Source of the DNA: an uncultured Gemmatimonadota bacterium
GTDB taxonomy: Bacteria; GCA-2686955
DNA length: 52,697 nucleotides
Assembly: GCA_964490075.1 (NCBI GenBank)
Contig: CAZBBK010000009.1
Span: 62,001-114,697, forward strand
Direction of reading: 5' to 3'
Shown: positions 8,387 through 18,014 of the stretch, one piece after another
Layout of the letters: every line of letters begins with the position of its first letter
Numbering within the stretch: position 1 is the stretch's first letter
Made by a program: the position numbers and the translations under genes
The notes under the pieces: generated by a model
The model's database searches: none
Seen by the model: the letters and a program-made list of their open reading frames with translations, nothing else
What the model was told of the DNA's origin: nothing

Positions 8387-10066
8387 TCACAGCAGTCCGT
8401 GCTTGGCGAGCTTCTTGTTGAGGCCCGCGCGTGAGAGCCCGATGGTCTTGGCGGTGTTGGTCTTGTTCCCCCGGTGCAGCTCCAGGTCTCGGATCAAGAG
8501 CGCCTTTTCGAAGAGGTCGACGCGCGGCTTGAGCTCCACCTCGACTTCGAGACCCTCCAGGGGCAGGGGGCGCGCGCCTCCGGGCAGGATCAGCACCGCG
8601 CCGCTCTCGGGGGCCTCCACGGCATCCTTTCCGCCGCGCAGCTTGGCCGAGAGCAGGTCGGGAGAGATCAGCTCGCCGTCGCGAATCAACGCCACCGTCC
8701 GTTCGACTTCGTTCTCCAGCTCGCGCACGTTTCCGGGCCAATCGTAGGCGCTCAGGATCGACACGATTCCAGGATCGACCCCGGCCGGCTTCCTGGAGTA
8801 GCGCACCGAGTACTTCTCGACGAAGTGGGTGAGCAAGAGGGGGATGTCCTCTCTACGCTCGCTGAGGGGCGGAAGCTTCACCACGACCACGTTGAGGCGG
8901 TAGAAAAGATCCTCGCGGAAACGCCCCGCCGCGACCTCTGCCTCGAGGTCGCGATTGGTGGCGCTGATCACGCGCACGTCGACGCGGCGCGGCTCGCTCT
9001 CGCCGATCCGGGTGACGTCGCCTTCCTGCAGCACCCGCAGCAGCTTGGCCTGCACCGCGGGCGAGAGCTCGCCGACCTCGTCCAGGAAGATCGTCCCGCC
9101 GTGCGCGGCTTCGAAGAGCCCTTTCTTGTCTTCCCGCGCGTCGGTGAAGGCTCCGCGCCGGTGGCCGAAGAGCTCCGACTCGACCAGGTTCTCGGGCATC
9201 GCGGCGCAGTTGATCGCCACGAAAGGCTTGGCGGCGCGGCTGCCGTTGTAGTGGATCGCCCGGGCGATCACCTCCTTGCCGGTGCCGGTCTCGCCGGCGA
9301 TCTGAACCGTGACCGATGACTCGATGACGCGCCGCACCAGGTCGACCACCGGTTGCATCGCGGCGCTCGAGGCGATCAGGTTCTCGAACACGAAACGATC
9401 CGAGATCTCCTTCTTCAGCGCGCGGTTCTCGTTCAGCACACCCTCGTGGCTGGCGGCGTTGCGCAGCGCCACACCGGCGATGTTGGTGAACGCCACCAGG
9501 AAGTTCAGGTCGTCTTCGGTGAAGCGCTTGCGGCCCGACCGGCAGTCGACGTAAACCGTTCCCAGCACCTCTTCCTCGTGGCGGACCGGCACGCACATGA
9601 AGCTGCGAATGCGCAGCGCGGCAACCGACTGGAAGCGGTTGAAGCGGGTGTCGCCACGGGTGTCGTAGGAGAGGATCACCGGCAGCTCGCCGCCGGCTTG
9701 ACGCAAGATGTTGTTGCTGTACGAAGTGGCGTCGTCGAGCGTCTCGGTGTCGACGTTGCGGGTTGCGGCGGGCCGCAGCTCGCCACTGTCGGAATCGAGG
9801 ATGAAGATGGTGCCGCGGTCGGCCTCGATCGCCGCCAGCAAGAGATCGAGCGCGCGGGTGCGCAGCTCGTCGGGATCGAGAATCGAGGTGACCACCTGGG
9901 TCAGCTGGTAGAGCTTCTCGAACTTGCTGGCGTCGGAAGGAAGACGAAAGCGGTGACTCGACGCGAGGGCCTCGGCGGCGTCGTGCTCGACATCGCCCGC
10001 GCCCCCCGCGGCGAGCTCATCCAGGATCCCCGAGACGCGCTCCAGAGGATCTTTGGGTTCTGTCAA
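8387..10066 (-). CDS. GAF-domain sigma54-dependent transcriptional activator (NifA/FhlA-like)
   Basis: GAF (IRSFMCVPV...VLGTVYVD...FTEDDLNFL); GETGTGKE; ESELFGHRRGAFTDA; FLDEVGE; WPGNVRELEN; Fis HTH. TTG 10066 follows GGGAGG. Confidence 0.93.
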   Translation of the reverse strand: MTEPKDPLERVSGILDELAAGGAGDVEHDAAEALASSHRFRLPSDASKFEKLYQLTQVVTSILDPDELRTRALDLLLAAIEADRGTIFILDSDSGELRPAATRNVDTETLDDATSYSNNILRQAGGELPVILSYDTRGDTRFNRFQSVAALRIRSFMCVPVRHEEEVLGTVYVDCRSGRKRFTEDDLNFLVAFTNIAGVALRNAASHEGVLNENRALKKEISDRFVFENLIASSAAMQPVVDLVRRVIESSVTVQIAGETGTGKEVIARAIHYNGSRAAKPFVAINCAAMPENLVESELFGHRRGAFTDAREDKKGLFEAAHGGTIFLDEVGELSPAVQAKLLRVLQEGDVTRIGESEPRRVDVRVISATNRDLEAEVAAGRFREDLFYRLNVVVVKLPPLSERREDIPLLLTHFVEKYSVRYSRKPAGVDPGIVSILSAYDWPGNVRELENEVERTVALIRDGELISPDLLSAKLRGGKDAVEAPESGAVLILPGGARPLPLEGLEVEVELKPRVDLFEKALLIRDLELHRGNKTNTAKTIGLSRAGLNKKLAKHGLL

Positions 10067-10082
10067 CGGAACCTCCCGGTTG

Positions 10083-11162
10083 TCAAACGAGCTCGTAGAG
10101 CATGTTGCGCCGGCGCGGCACACGACCGGCCGCGCGAATCATGCTCTCGATCTGCCCCCGATCGACCAGACAACGGGTACCGGCGGCGGCGACCACGTTC
10201 TCTTCGATCATCAGCGAGCCGAAATCGTTGGCCCCGAAGCTCAGGGCGCTCTGAGCGATGCGAGCCCCCATGGTGACGAACGAGACCTGGAAATTGGGGA
10301 TGTTGTCGATGAAGAGACGCGCCAGCGCGAGCATCTTCAGGTACTCGTGGGCCGATGCCTTGCGCACCTTGCCTTCGAGCAGCGTGTTGCTGGGCTGAAA
10401 GGTCCAGGCGATGAAGGCCGTGAACCCGCCGCTGCGGTCCTGCAGGGCGCGCACACGATCGAGGTGCTCGATCCGCTCCTCGAGAGTCTCCAGCCCCCCG
10501 AACATCATGGTCGCGGTGGTGCGCAGGCTCAGGGCGTGGGCTGTTTCCATCACCTCGAGCCACTGCTCCGGCCCTCCCTTGCGGCGCCCGTACTTGCGCC
10601 GCACCCGCTCGGCCAGGATCTCGGCGCCACCGCCGGGAATCGAGTCCAGCCCGGCGGTCCGCAGCCGGCGCAGGGCCTCTTCGACACTCACTCCCGACAC
10701 CTCTGCCGCGCCGATCACCTCGACCGGCGAGAGGCCGTGGATGTGGATCGAGTAACGCGCCTTCAACGCACGGAAGAGCTCTTCGAAGTACTCCACGCCG
10801 ATCTCGGGGTGCACCCCCCCTTGCAGCAGGATCTGCACCCCGCCCTGATCAAGGGTCTCTTCGACCTTGTCGAAGATCTGCTGGTGCGAGAGCAGGTACG
10901 ACTCGCCATGGCCGGGCGGGCGGAAGAACGCGCAGAACTTGCAGTAAATGTCGCAGACATTGGTGTAGTTGATGTTGCGATCGATGATGTAGGTGACGAT
11001 CGGCTCGGGGTGGAGGCGCAGCCGCATGCGATCGGCGAGCGCTCCGAGGGCGGTCAGATCGTCCTGCCGGTAGAGCTCCAGCGCGTCGTCGCGGTCGAGC
11101 CGCAGGCCGTCGAGCAGCTTGGCGTGGATGCGCTCCTGCACGGCGCTCGATGACGCGCTCAT
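10083..11162 (-). CDS. mqnC: Cyclic dehypoxanthinyl futalosine synthase (radical SAM)
   Basis: VTYIIDRNINYTNVCDIYCKFCAF; QILLQGG; SIPGGGAEIL; TATMMFG; AFIAWTFQ; GANDFGSLMIEENVV. Confidence 0.92.
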   Translation of the reverse strand: MSASSSAVQERIHAKLLDGLRLDRDDALELYRQDDLTALGALADRMRLRLHPEPIVTYIIDRNINYTNVCDIYCKFCAFFRPPGHGESYLLSHQQIFDKVEETLDQGGVQILLQGGVHPEIGVEYFEELFRALKARYSIHIHGLSPVEVIGAAEVSGVSVEEALRRLRTAGLDSIPGGGAEILAERVRRKYGRRKGGPEQWLEVMETAHALSLRTTATMMFGGLETLEERIEHLDRVRALQDRSGGFTAFIAWTFQPSNTLLEGKVRKASAHEYLKMLALARLFIDNIPNFQVSFVTMGARIAQSALSFGANDFGSLMIEENVVAAAGTRCLVDRGQIESMIRAAGRVPRRRNMLYELV

Positions 11163-12340
11163 GACGCACTTCCGTTTCGCTCCGACGCCCAGGCTGCGCG
11201 CCGCGTCTTGCCCGGCGCGAACTCGATCAGGTCGCGGAAATCGGTGCGCAGGGGACCATAGAGGGCATCGCGCTCGACCGGCTCGAAGCCCGCGTCATCG
11301 ATCAGCCGCACCAGGCCGCGCACCGTCATCGCCTCGGGCGTGTCGGCGCCGGCGTCGTGGTAGATCTGCTCCTCCACCACCGTTCCGTCGACGTCGTCGG
11401 CCCCGAAAGAGAGAGCGATCTGCGCCAGCTCGGGCGAGATCATGATCCAGTAGGCCTTGATGTGGTCGACGTTGTCGAGCATCAGCCGGCTCAGGGCCAA
11501 CATGCGCAGATCGTCCACGGCGGTGGGCTTGGGGAGCTTGCGCAGCGGCGTGTTGTCGGGATGGAAGACCAGCGGCACGAAGGCCTGGATGCCGCCGGTC
11601 TGGTCCTGCAGAGCGCGCAGCTCCAGCAGATGCTGGACCCGTTCTTCGAGGGTCTCGATGTGGCCGTAGAGCATCGTGGCGTTGGTGCGGATGCCGAGCC
11701 CGTGGGCGCTGCGGGCGATCGCCATCCAGGTCGCGGCGTCGATCTTGTCGTGGAAGAGCTTGCGACGCACCCGTTCGGAGAAGATCTCGGCGCCGCCGCC
11801 CGGCATGGTGTCGAGCCCGGCTGCGGCGAGGTCGAGGAGAACCTGGCGATGGGTCTTGCCGGAGACCCGCGCCATCTCCTCGATCTCGACCATGGTGAAG
11901 GCCTTGATGTGGATCTCCGGGTGTGCCTCGCGGATGGTGCGTACCAGGTCGAGGTAGTAGTCGTAGGAAAGCTCGGGATTGACCCCGCCGACGACATGCA
12001 CTTCGCGCAGCAACTCGGCGCCGGGCTCCAGCAGTCGCCGGCGGACCTGCTCCATGGTCAGCGCGTAGCCGCCGTACTCGGGACCGGAGCCGACCGAGCG
12101 CTGGAAGGCGCAGAAGAGGCAGGATTTGTCGCAGTAGTTGGTGTAGTTGATGTGACGGTTGCGCACGAAGAAGGTACGGCGGCCGTGCTTGCGGCGCCTC
12201 ACCGCATCGGCCAGGCGACCGACCAGCGCCAGATCGGGGTGCTGGAGGAGCGCCACGCCCTCGGTCAGATTCAGGCGCTCACCGGCCTCCACCTTGGCGG
12301 CGATCGGCGCGAGATCGGAGCTGGCGAGCAAGAGGTCCAT
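11159..12340 (-). CDS. mqnE: Aminofutalosine synthase (radical SAM)
   Basis: NRHINYTNYCDKSCLFCAF; IHIKAFTMVEI; MPGGGAEIF; NATMLYGHIET; HIKAYWIM; FGADDVDGTVVEEQIYHDAGA. Start uncertain. Confidence 0.9.
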   Translation of the reverse strand: MDLLLASSDLAPIAAKVEAGERLNLTEGVALLQHPDLALVGRLADAVRRRKHGRRTFFVRNRHINYTNYCDKSCLFCAFQRSVGSGPEYGGYALTMEQVRRRLLEPGAELLREVHVVGGVNPELSYDYYLDLVRTIREAHPEIHIKAFTMVEIEEMARVSGKTHRQVLLDLAAAGLDTMPGGGAEIFSERVRRKLFHDKIDAATWMAIARSAHGLGIRTNATMLYGHIETLEERVQHLLELRALQDQTGGIQAFVPLVFHPDNTPLRKLPKPTAVDDLRMLALSRLMLDNVDHIKAYWIMISPELAQIALSFGADDVDGTVVEEQIYHDAGADTPEAMTVRGLVRLIDDAGFEPVERDALYGPLRTDFRDLIEFAPGKTRRAAWASERNGSAS

Positions 12341-12474
12341 CGGATGATCGGACTCTAGCTCAGGAGCGTTGACGGCGCGAGATCGGATAGAATGAGAGGT
12401 TCGCCCCCTGGTCGAGCCGCGGCACGGCGACCGACACTTCCATGCGAGCACCGAGAGGATCGCGGAGTCCCAGA

Positions 12475-13515
12475 ATGTCAGCTTCCCACCGAGTACTGTC
12501 CATCGCCCTGGCGATCACCCTGCTGCTGGGCCACGCCCACGCGGCTCTGACCTGGCACGCCGACTGGGACGCGGCTCTGAAGGCCGCCAAGACCAGCAAG
12601 AAGCTGGTGATGGCCGACGTCTACACCGACTGGTGCAAGTGGTGCAAGGTGATGGACAAGGAGACCTTCGGCGACGCCCGGGTGGCCGGCTCCCTCGCCG
12701 AGCTCGAGCTGGTGCGCGTCAATGCCGAAAAGGGAGGCGGGGTCGATATCCGCAAGCGCTTTTCGGTCAACGGCTTTCCAACGATCCTCTTCGTCGACGA
12801 GAAGGGCGAGGAGGTCGACCGGATCTCTGGCTACGTCAAGCCCGAGCCTTTCATGGTCCGCCTCGAGCAGATTCGCCGCGGTGAGGGGACCTTTGGCGAC
12901 CTGCGCGCTCGGGCCAAGCAGGACCCGAGCGACCTTGAGGTCTCCAAGGCGCTGGCGGACAAGTACATGGAGCGTGGCGACGGGGACGAGGCCGGACGCC
13001 GCTACGACGAGATCCTCGCCAAGGACCCGAACGACGAGCTCGGCTTCGCGGCGCAGATCCACCTCGCCAAGGCGCGGGCGAGCCTCGCCCGTCGCGACCA
13101 GGCGGCGGCCCAGAGCGGGCTCGAGAAGGTGGTCGCGCTGGACGACGCGGACGCCACGCGCCAGGCCTACCCGGCCCTCAGAAGGCTCTACCTGATGCAG
13201 GAACGCAGCGCCGACATCGACCGACTGCACGATTCGGTGACCGGCCGGCTCCAGGACGACGCCCAGGTGCTGAACGACATCGCCTGGTTCTACGCCTCCC
13301 GCTCCGAGCGCCTCGACCAGGCGCTGGCCTGGGCCGAACGCAGCGCGCGGCTCGCGCCCGAAGACGGTTCGGTGCTCGACACCCTGGCCGAGGTTCACCA
13401 CCGGCGCGGCGAGCACGAGCAGGCCATCGCCACCATCGAGCGCGCGGTGCGGATCGACCCTTCGTCGGACTACTTCCAGAAGCAACTGACCCGCTTCAAG
13501 GCCGCGGCACGTTGA
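12475..13515 (+). CDS. Secreted thioredoxin-fold (WCKWC) protein with TPR repeats
   Basis: Signal peptide ending AHA; DVYTDWCKWCKVM; cis-Pro motif GFPTILF; C-terminal TPRs (LNDIAWFYA, LDTLAEVH). Confidence 0.85.
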   Translation: MSASHRVLSIALAITLLLGHAHAALTWHADWDAALKAAKTSKKLVMADVYTDWCKWCKVMDKETFGDARVAGSLAELELVRVNAEKGGGVDIRKRFSVNGFPTILFVDEKGEEVDRISGYVKPEPFMVRLEQIRRGEGTFGDLRARAKQDPSDLEVSKALADKYMERGDGDEAGRRYDEILAKDPNDELGFAAQIHLAKARASLARRDQAAAQSGLEKVVALDDADATRQAYPALRRLYLMQERSADIDRLHDSVTGRLQDDAQVLNDIAWFYASRSERLDQALAWAERSARLAPEDGSVLDTLAEVHHRRGEHEQAIATIERAVRIDPSSDYFQKQLTRFKAAAR

Positions 13516-13997
13516 GCAGCGGCGGGCGCGCCCTGGGCGCGACCTTGCTGGCGCTGCTGGCGCTGATCGTCTTCACCTTTCTGCACGAGCCGCGCGGCCC
13601 CGCCGCGCCCTCGGCCCTCTCCACCCTCGGCTCGTGGTTCGGATCGGGCGGCGCGACGCGCGAGGGCGAGGCAGGTGGCGACACTTCGGACGCCAACCTG
13701 ATCCTCGAGCCGGCCTACACAGCCGGCGCGCCGGTCGAGGCGCTGCTGGTCGCCGGCGATGCCGTCGAGCGACGGAGCTGGGCAATGTTCAGCGCCTGGC
13801 TGGTGCCTCCGAGCGGCGGCATGCGACCGATGCTGCGCTCGCCGATCGATCTGAGCGGCGCCGCCCTACGGCTCTCGATGCCGGCGTTTCGTCTCCCTCC
13901 CGACTGCGCCCCCGGCCGCTACCAGTTAGTCTGGCGGCTGGAGAGGGAGGGCTCGATTGTCGCCTCGGGGGTGGAGGTTTTGCGGGTCGAGCCGTGA
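13512..13997 (+). CDS. Hypothetical membrane-anchored protein
   Basis: TTGA overlap with the previous stop, N-terminal hydrophobic helix, Ig-like C-terminus (PGRYQLVWRL). Confidence 0.55.
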   Translation: MSSGGRALGATLLALLALIVFTFLHEPRGPAAPSALSTLGSWFGSGGATREGEAGGDTSDANLILEPAYTAGAPVEALLVAGDAVERRSWAMFSAWLVPPSGGMRPMLRSPIDLSGAALRLSMPAFRLPPDCAPGRYQLVWRLEREGSIVASGVEVLRVEP

Positions 13998-14072
13998 GCT
14001 TGCGGCGAGTCGCTCGCCGCCTTCGTTGATCGGCTGAGCGGTCGGTTTTTCGCCACACAACTCGTCGCGCGT

Positions 14073-15330
14073 GTGCTACGCTCGCTCTACGAGGGCGCCG
14101 GGGCGATGACCTACAATCGCATCGGCATCGGCTGGGAGAAGTATGAGCTGGAGATCCCGGTGGGAACTCGGGTGGACGAACAGGGAGATCCGCAGCCGGT
14201 GAGCTCCTTCGATCTCAGAATCGGCATGCCCGCGAAGGAAGAACAGCCCATCGGCGCCCAGGCGGTGATCGACGACGTGTCGGTGAGAGACAACCTCCAG
14301 TGGCTGGCCGAAGGCGTCCGATCCGCCGATCCGCCGATCATCCAGATCGAGCACGGCGGCATCATGCGCCTCGATGGCGAGCCCTTCATGCCCCAAGCGA
14401 TCTGGTATGGCCACAAGGACACCTCGCCCTGCGCCATCAAGCGCGACTTCCTCAAGCTCGGGCCGCGCGGCATCAACGCCCAAGACGTGGTGGATCTGGC
14501 GGCCTGCGGTCCCATTCAGGAGGAGGACGGTCGTGGGCTGAATACGATCATGATCATGACCGGCCGCTACTACGCCAGCAAGCGTCAGCTGCGCATGATG
14601 CTCGACGCCGCCTACAGTCTCGATCTTCACGCCATCGTGCAGCTCCCGATCTTCCCTTACCAACCCACGGGCGACACGTGGCCGAAGCAGAGGCTGCTGG
14701 TGCGCGATTGGGTACGGACTTTCGGCGACCACCCGGCGCTGATCGCCTGGAACCTGTCGGACGAGCTCAATGCCAGGAAGCTCTTCGTTGATTGCCCCGC
14801 ATTCCCGGTGACTCAATGGATCCGCGAGCTGGAGGCGGAGGAAGGTCTGCCTTTCCGGCCCACGATCGCGATCACCATGGGCGCCCTCTTCGACAATGCC
14901 TACCTGTGGAGCGATGGCCTCTGCACCACCACCTTCGACTGCATCACTCGGGGCTATGCCGCGGTGGCCGACATCGTCGCGCCGCACTACACAGCAGTGC
15001 GCGACTGTCGCGGGAAGGTAGAGAACCACATCAGCGCCGTGGTGCAGTCGACGACCTCGGCGATCAAAGCGGTCGAGATCGACCCGGACTTCTTTGGAGC
15101 CAACCCCCTGGCCAGTCCGAGGATTGACGACGTCCCCCCTTACGGTGTCGGCAGCCGTCGACTGCAACCCGCCGACCTTGAACGAGACCTGCTCGTGTTA
15201 CGATCCGCAGGGAGAGACTGTTGAAAACTGGTACTACTGGGAGTACCCCGTCGCTCCCAATCAGGGCGGAATCCTGAACTGGAGCGGCCCGAATGTGCTG
15301 CGCTTCGAAGTGATGCTGCCGGAGGAGTAG
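14073..15330 (+). pseudogene. Glycoside-hydrolase-like (clan GH-A-type) gene, apparently disrupted near 15090-15120
   Basis: ORF 14073-15224 has LDGEPFMP, GLNTI, LDAAYSLDLHAI, DHPALIAWNLSDE. A protein-like continuation in another frame (15094-15330) stops 3 nt before the next ATG. Confidence 0.5.
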
Positions 15331-15333
15331 ACG

Positions 15334-17250
15334 ATGATCGCATCGACAATGCTGGCGCTCGCCGCGATGGCGGGCGCCGGGGACCTGGTGGTCGAAGAGT
15401 GGGATCCCACGACGTCTTCGGTGTATGTCAAGCCGGCCTGGTCGCCAAGCTCGGACTGGGTGGTGGGAAACGATGGTGTCGGGGTGCTCGGGCTCTACGA
15501 GGCGAGCGATCCGCAGGACCCGAACTTCGTTTCGGCGATCCCCTTCGGCGACCCTTTCTGGGCCGCGGTGTGGGGCGATACCTGCTATGTGTCCACTGGC
15601 CTCCACACATTGCAGGTCTTCATCTTCGAGCTCAACCCCGAGCTGGGGTTCGTCCCGCTCGGGACGCTGGGGCAGCCGGGGCTGCACTTGGGAGTCGAGG
15701 GCGGGCTTCTCTATGTTGAGTTTGGGGATGTCTTCTACATCTACGATCGGCGCGCCCCTGGCGGGCCGGTGCTGCTCTCCAGCACGCCTCTGGACGTTTT
15801 TGAATTCGTCTGGGATGAGACGCGTGTCTACGCGGAGAGCGGGGATAGCATCACCATCCTGGACGTTTCCGACCCCTTCGAACCCTATGTCGCGGGCTCG
15901 ATCGATCGATCCCCCGCCAGCATCAGATATATGGCGATAGAGAGGGACCGCGACCTGCTCGCGATCGACACGCGCGTGGATCATCACGGCCCCTATTACC
16001 TCGAGCTCTGGGATGTTTCACTACCTTCCGCGCCGGTGCTGCTCTCGGCAATCGATGTCGAATACCCCCGCCAGCTCGCGATTCGGGACACCCTCTTGGT
16101 ACACGCGGGGTATCCGACGCAGCTTTTGAGCATCAGCGATCCCACCGAGCCGAGGCTTCTCGCCGAGATCGAGGGTCGGGGCAGTCCGAGCTTGCTCGAT
16201 GACGTGACCCACTGGGCTTCAGGGGGCAGCCGGGGTGTCACCGGCTACGACATCGCGACTCCGTCGGCCCCGGAATCGCTCTGGACCCGCGATCGCATCG
16301 GCATCATTCAGGGCAGCGCCCTGAGCGACACTCTCGTCATTACCTTGCATGACCATGTCCCGCCCGACCAGGATCCGCACCTCAAGATCCACGGACTCTC
16401 CGATCTGCGCCGTCATCAGACTATCTCGCGTGTCGACTTCCCTCATTACAGAGGCGACACTGGAATGGTGGCTTGCGCCGGCGGGGTCGCCTATGTCGCC
16501 CCCGAGCTTTGGTGCGTCGATCTCGCCGATCCCGCGCATCCGGTGGTGACCGATTCCCTGACACCCGGGGGCGACAGCATTTTCACCGATCTGGTCGCCA
16601 CCCTTCCCGGCGGCCTGGTCGCCGTCGCCAGCGACTTTGACATCCACACCTTTTCCACCGACGACCCCCTCCATCCCACCCCGGCCGGATTCCTCGACAT
16701 GGGCTCGGGCGGGCTCTACTGGGCCCTCGAGACCACCTACCTGCACGATCGCTGGGAGGCGCTGCTCGGCTCGGAGGCGGGCTTCTTCCGAATCGACCTC
16801 AGCGACCTCGACGCGCCGGTGATCATCTCGCGCCTGGCCACGCCGCCATCTTCCATCGCCGTCGACGACACTCTGGCCTATCTGGGCTACCGGGGCATGC
16901 TCGAAGTGTGGGCGCTGGAACGTGACGGGGGCTCTGTTCTGCTCGAGAGGATCTTCCCGGAAGACGACCCCTGGACCCACGGCCTGCTGGCGCGTGGCGA
17001 GCGCCTCTACGCCTCGCACCGTACCGAGAGCGAGCACTACCTGACCGCCTACTCCTGGAGCCCAAGCACCGGCTTCCGAGTCGAGGATCGGGTGCCGGTT
17101 GCCGGCTATACCTCCCGCTGCAGCCCGATCGGCCTTCCGGAGCAGCGCATCCTGCCGCCCGCGACCGGCGGCTTGCATCGGATCTGGGACCGCGGCGCGC
17201 TGCGCCATCCGCCGCTCCTGGCGCCGCGGCCGGAGGTGCGAAAGCGTTAG
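15334..17250 (+). CDS. Secreted LVIVD-repeat (beta-propeller) protein
   Basis: Signal peptide; repeated [ILW]D[VL]SDPxxP units (ITILDVSDPFEP, LWDVSLPSAP, LSISDPTEP, VDLADPAHP, IDLSDLDAP). Confidence 0.8.
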   Translation: MIASTMLALAAMAGAGDLVVEEWDPTTSSVYVKPAWSPSSDWVVGNDGVGVLGLYEASDPQDPNFVSAIPFGDPFWAAVWGDTCYVSTGLHTLQVFIFELNPELGFVPLGTLGQPGLHLGVEGGLLYVEFGDVFYIYDRRAPGGPVLLSSTPLDVFEFVWDETRVYAESGDSITILDVSDPFEPYVAGSIDRSPASIRYMAIERDRDLLAIDTRVDHHGPYYLELWDVSLPSAPVLLSAIDVEYPRQLAIRDTLLVHAGYPTQLLSISDPTEPRLLAEIEGRGSPSLLDDVTHWASGGSRGVTGYDIATPSAPESLWTRDRIGIIQGSALSDTLVITLHDHVPPDQDPHLKIHGLSDLRRHQTISRVDFPHYRGDTGMVACAGGVAYVAPELWCVDLADPAHPVVTDSLTPGGDSIFTDLVATLPGGLVAVASDFDIHTFSTDDPLHPTPAGFLDMGSGGLYWALETTYLHDRWEALLGSEAGFFRIDLSDLDAPVIISRLATPPSSIAVDDTLAYLGYRGMLEVWALERDGGSVLLERIFPEDDPWTHGLLARGERLYASHRTESEHYLTAYSWSPSTGFRVEDRVPVAGYTSRCSPIGLPEQRILPPATGGLHRIWDRGALRHPPLLAPRPEVRKR

Positions 17251-17279
17251 CGCGGGGCCGCAAGTCGCCGAAATCGACC

Positions 17280-17328
17280 TTGCCCGACCAACCGCCTGCG
17301 CATATTCTTGTGCAAAGAGGTGCAAAGA
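17280..17328 (+). promoter_or_regulatory. Sigma70 promoter and direct-repeat operator of vapBC
   Basis: TTGCCC-N17-TATTCT (17280-17308), then TGCAAAGA twice (17311-17318, 17321-17328) just before ATG 17331. Confidence 0.55.
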
Positions 17329-17330
17329 TC

Positions 17331-17546
17331 ATGCGCATTCATGCGATCGTGGACGATGAGATCTTTCGGGCGGCTCAGGCTGCCTGTCCAGACGCTCCGA
17401 CCAAACGCGCCCTGCTCGAAAACGCTCTCCGCGCGCTGGTGGAACAACGCGCGGCCAAGGACCTCGCCAAGATGGTGCAAGGCTTCGAATTCGCCATCGA
17501 GCCCGTCCCCCGCAGGCGGTCGAGTGGTGACGACGGCAAGCAGTGA
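17331..17546 (+). CDS. vapB: VapB-family antitoxin (ribbon-helix-helix-like)
   Basis: MRIHAIVDDEIFRAA...TKRALLENALRALVEQ; GTGA overlap with the PIN toxin gene. Confidence 0.8.
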   Translation: MRIHAIVDDEIFRAAQAACPDAPTKRALLENALRALVEQRAAKDLAKMVQGFEFAIEPVPRRRSSGDDGKQ

Positions 17547-17950
17547 TTCTCGTCGATACGAGCGTGTGGCGGCTGGCCCTGCGGAAGAACCCGCCGGGTG
17601 GACGGGCTGAGGAGCGTCGGTGGCACGAAGCGAGAGCGCTCCCCGAAGTGCTCGATCGTGGAATGGTCGCCGGTCACCCCTGGGTGTACGCGGAGCTGCT
17701 CCTCGGCGGTCTGCCCGATTCCGCCGCCTCCCTCTACCTGCGTCTGCCCCAATTGCGCCCGGTCGACACCGGCGCGCTCGTCGAGCTCATCGAGCAAGCG
17801 CGTCCACGGCGCGTTGGAGTCGTGGATGTGGGCCTCCTCGGTGCCACCCTGAGAGATGGGCTCCGACTCTGGACCTTGGACGCGGGGCTGCGCGACGCAG
17901 CGACGGCCTCCAGGGTAGCGTGGAAGCCGCGCGTGGAACGATCCGGCTAG
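17543..17950 (+). CDS. vapC: VapC-family PIN-domain toxin
   Basis: MILVDTSVW, HPWVYAELLLG, GVVDVGLL, LWTLDAGL carry the PIN acidic residues. Confidence 0.85.
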   Translation: MILVDTSVWRLALRKNPPGGRAEERRWHEARALPEVLDRGMVAGHPWVYAELLLGGLPDSAASLYLRLPQLRPVDTGALVELIEQARPRRVGVVDVGLLGATLRDGLRLWTLDAGLRDAATASRVAWKPRVERSG

Positions 17951-18014
17951 GAATCCAACACCGATCTGCCGAGCAGGCGCGGCGGCGCTAGACTTGTGCC
18001 TCGGAGGCATCGTC

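Noticed and set aside
10083-12340. Radical SAM pair as CofG/CofH (F420 synthesis)
   Set aside because: Motifs (DFGSLMIEENVV; HIKAYW, DGTVVEEQIYHDAG) match MqnC and MqnE.
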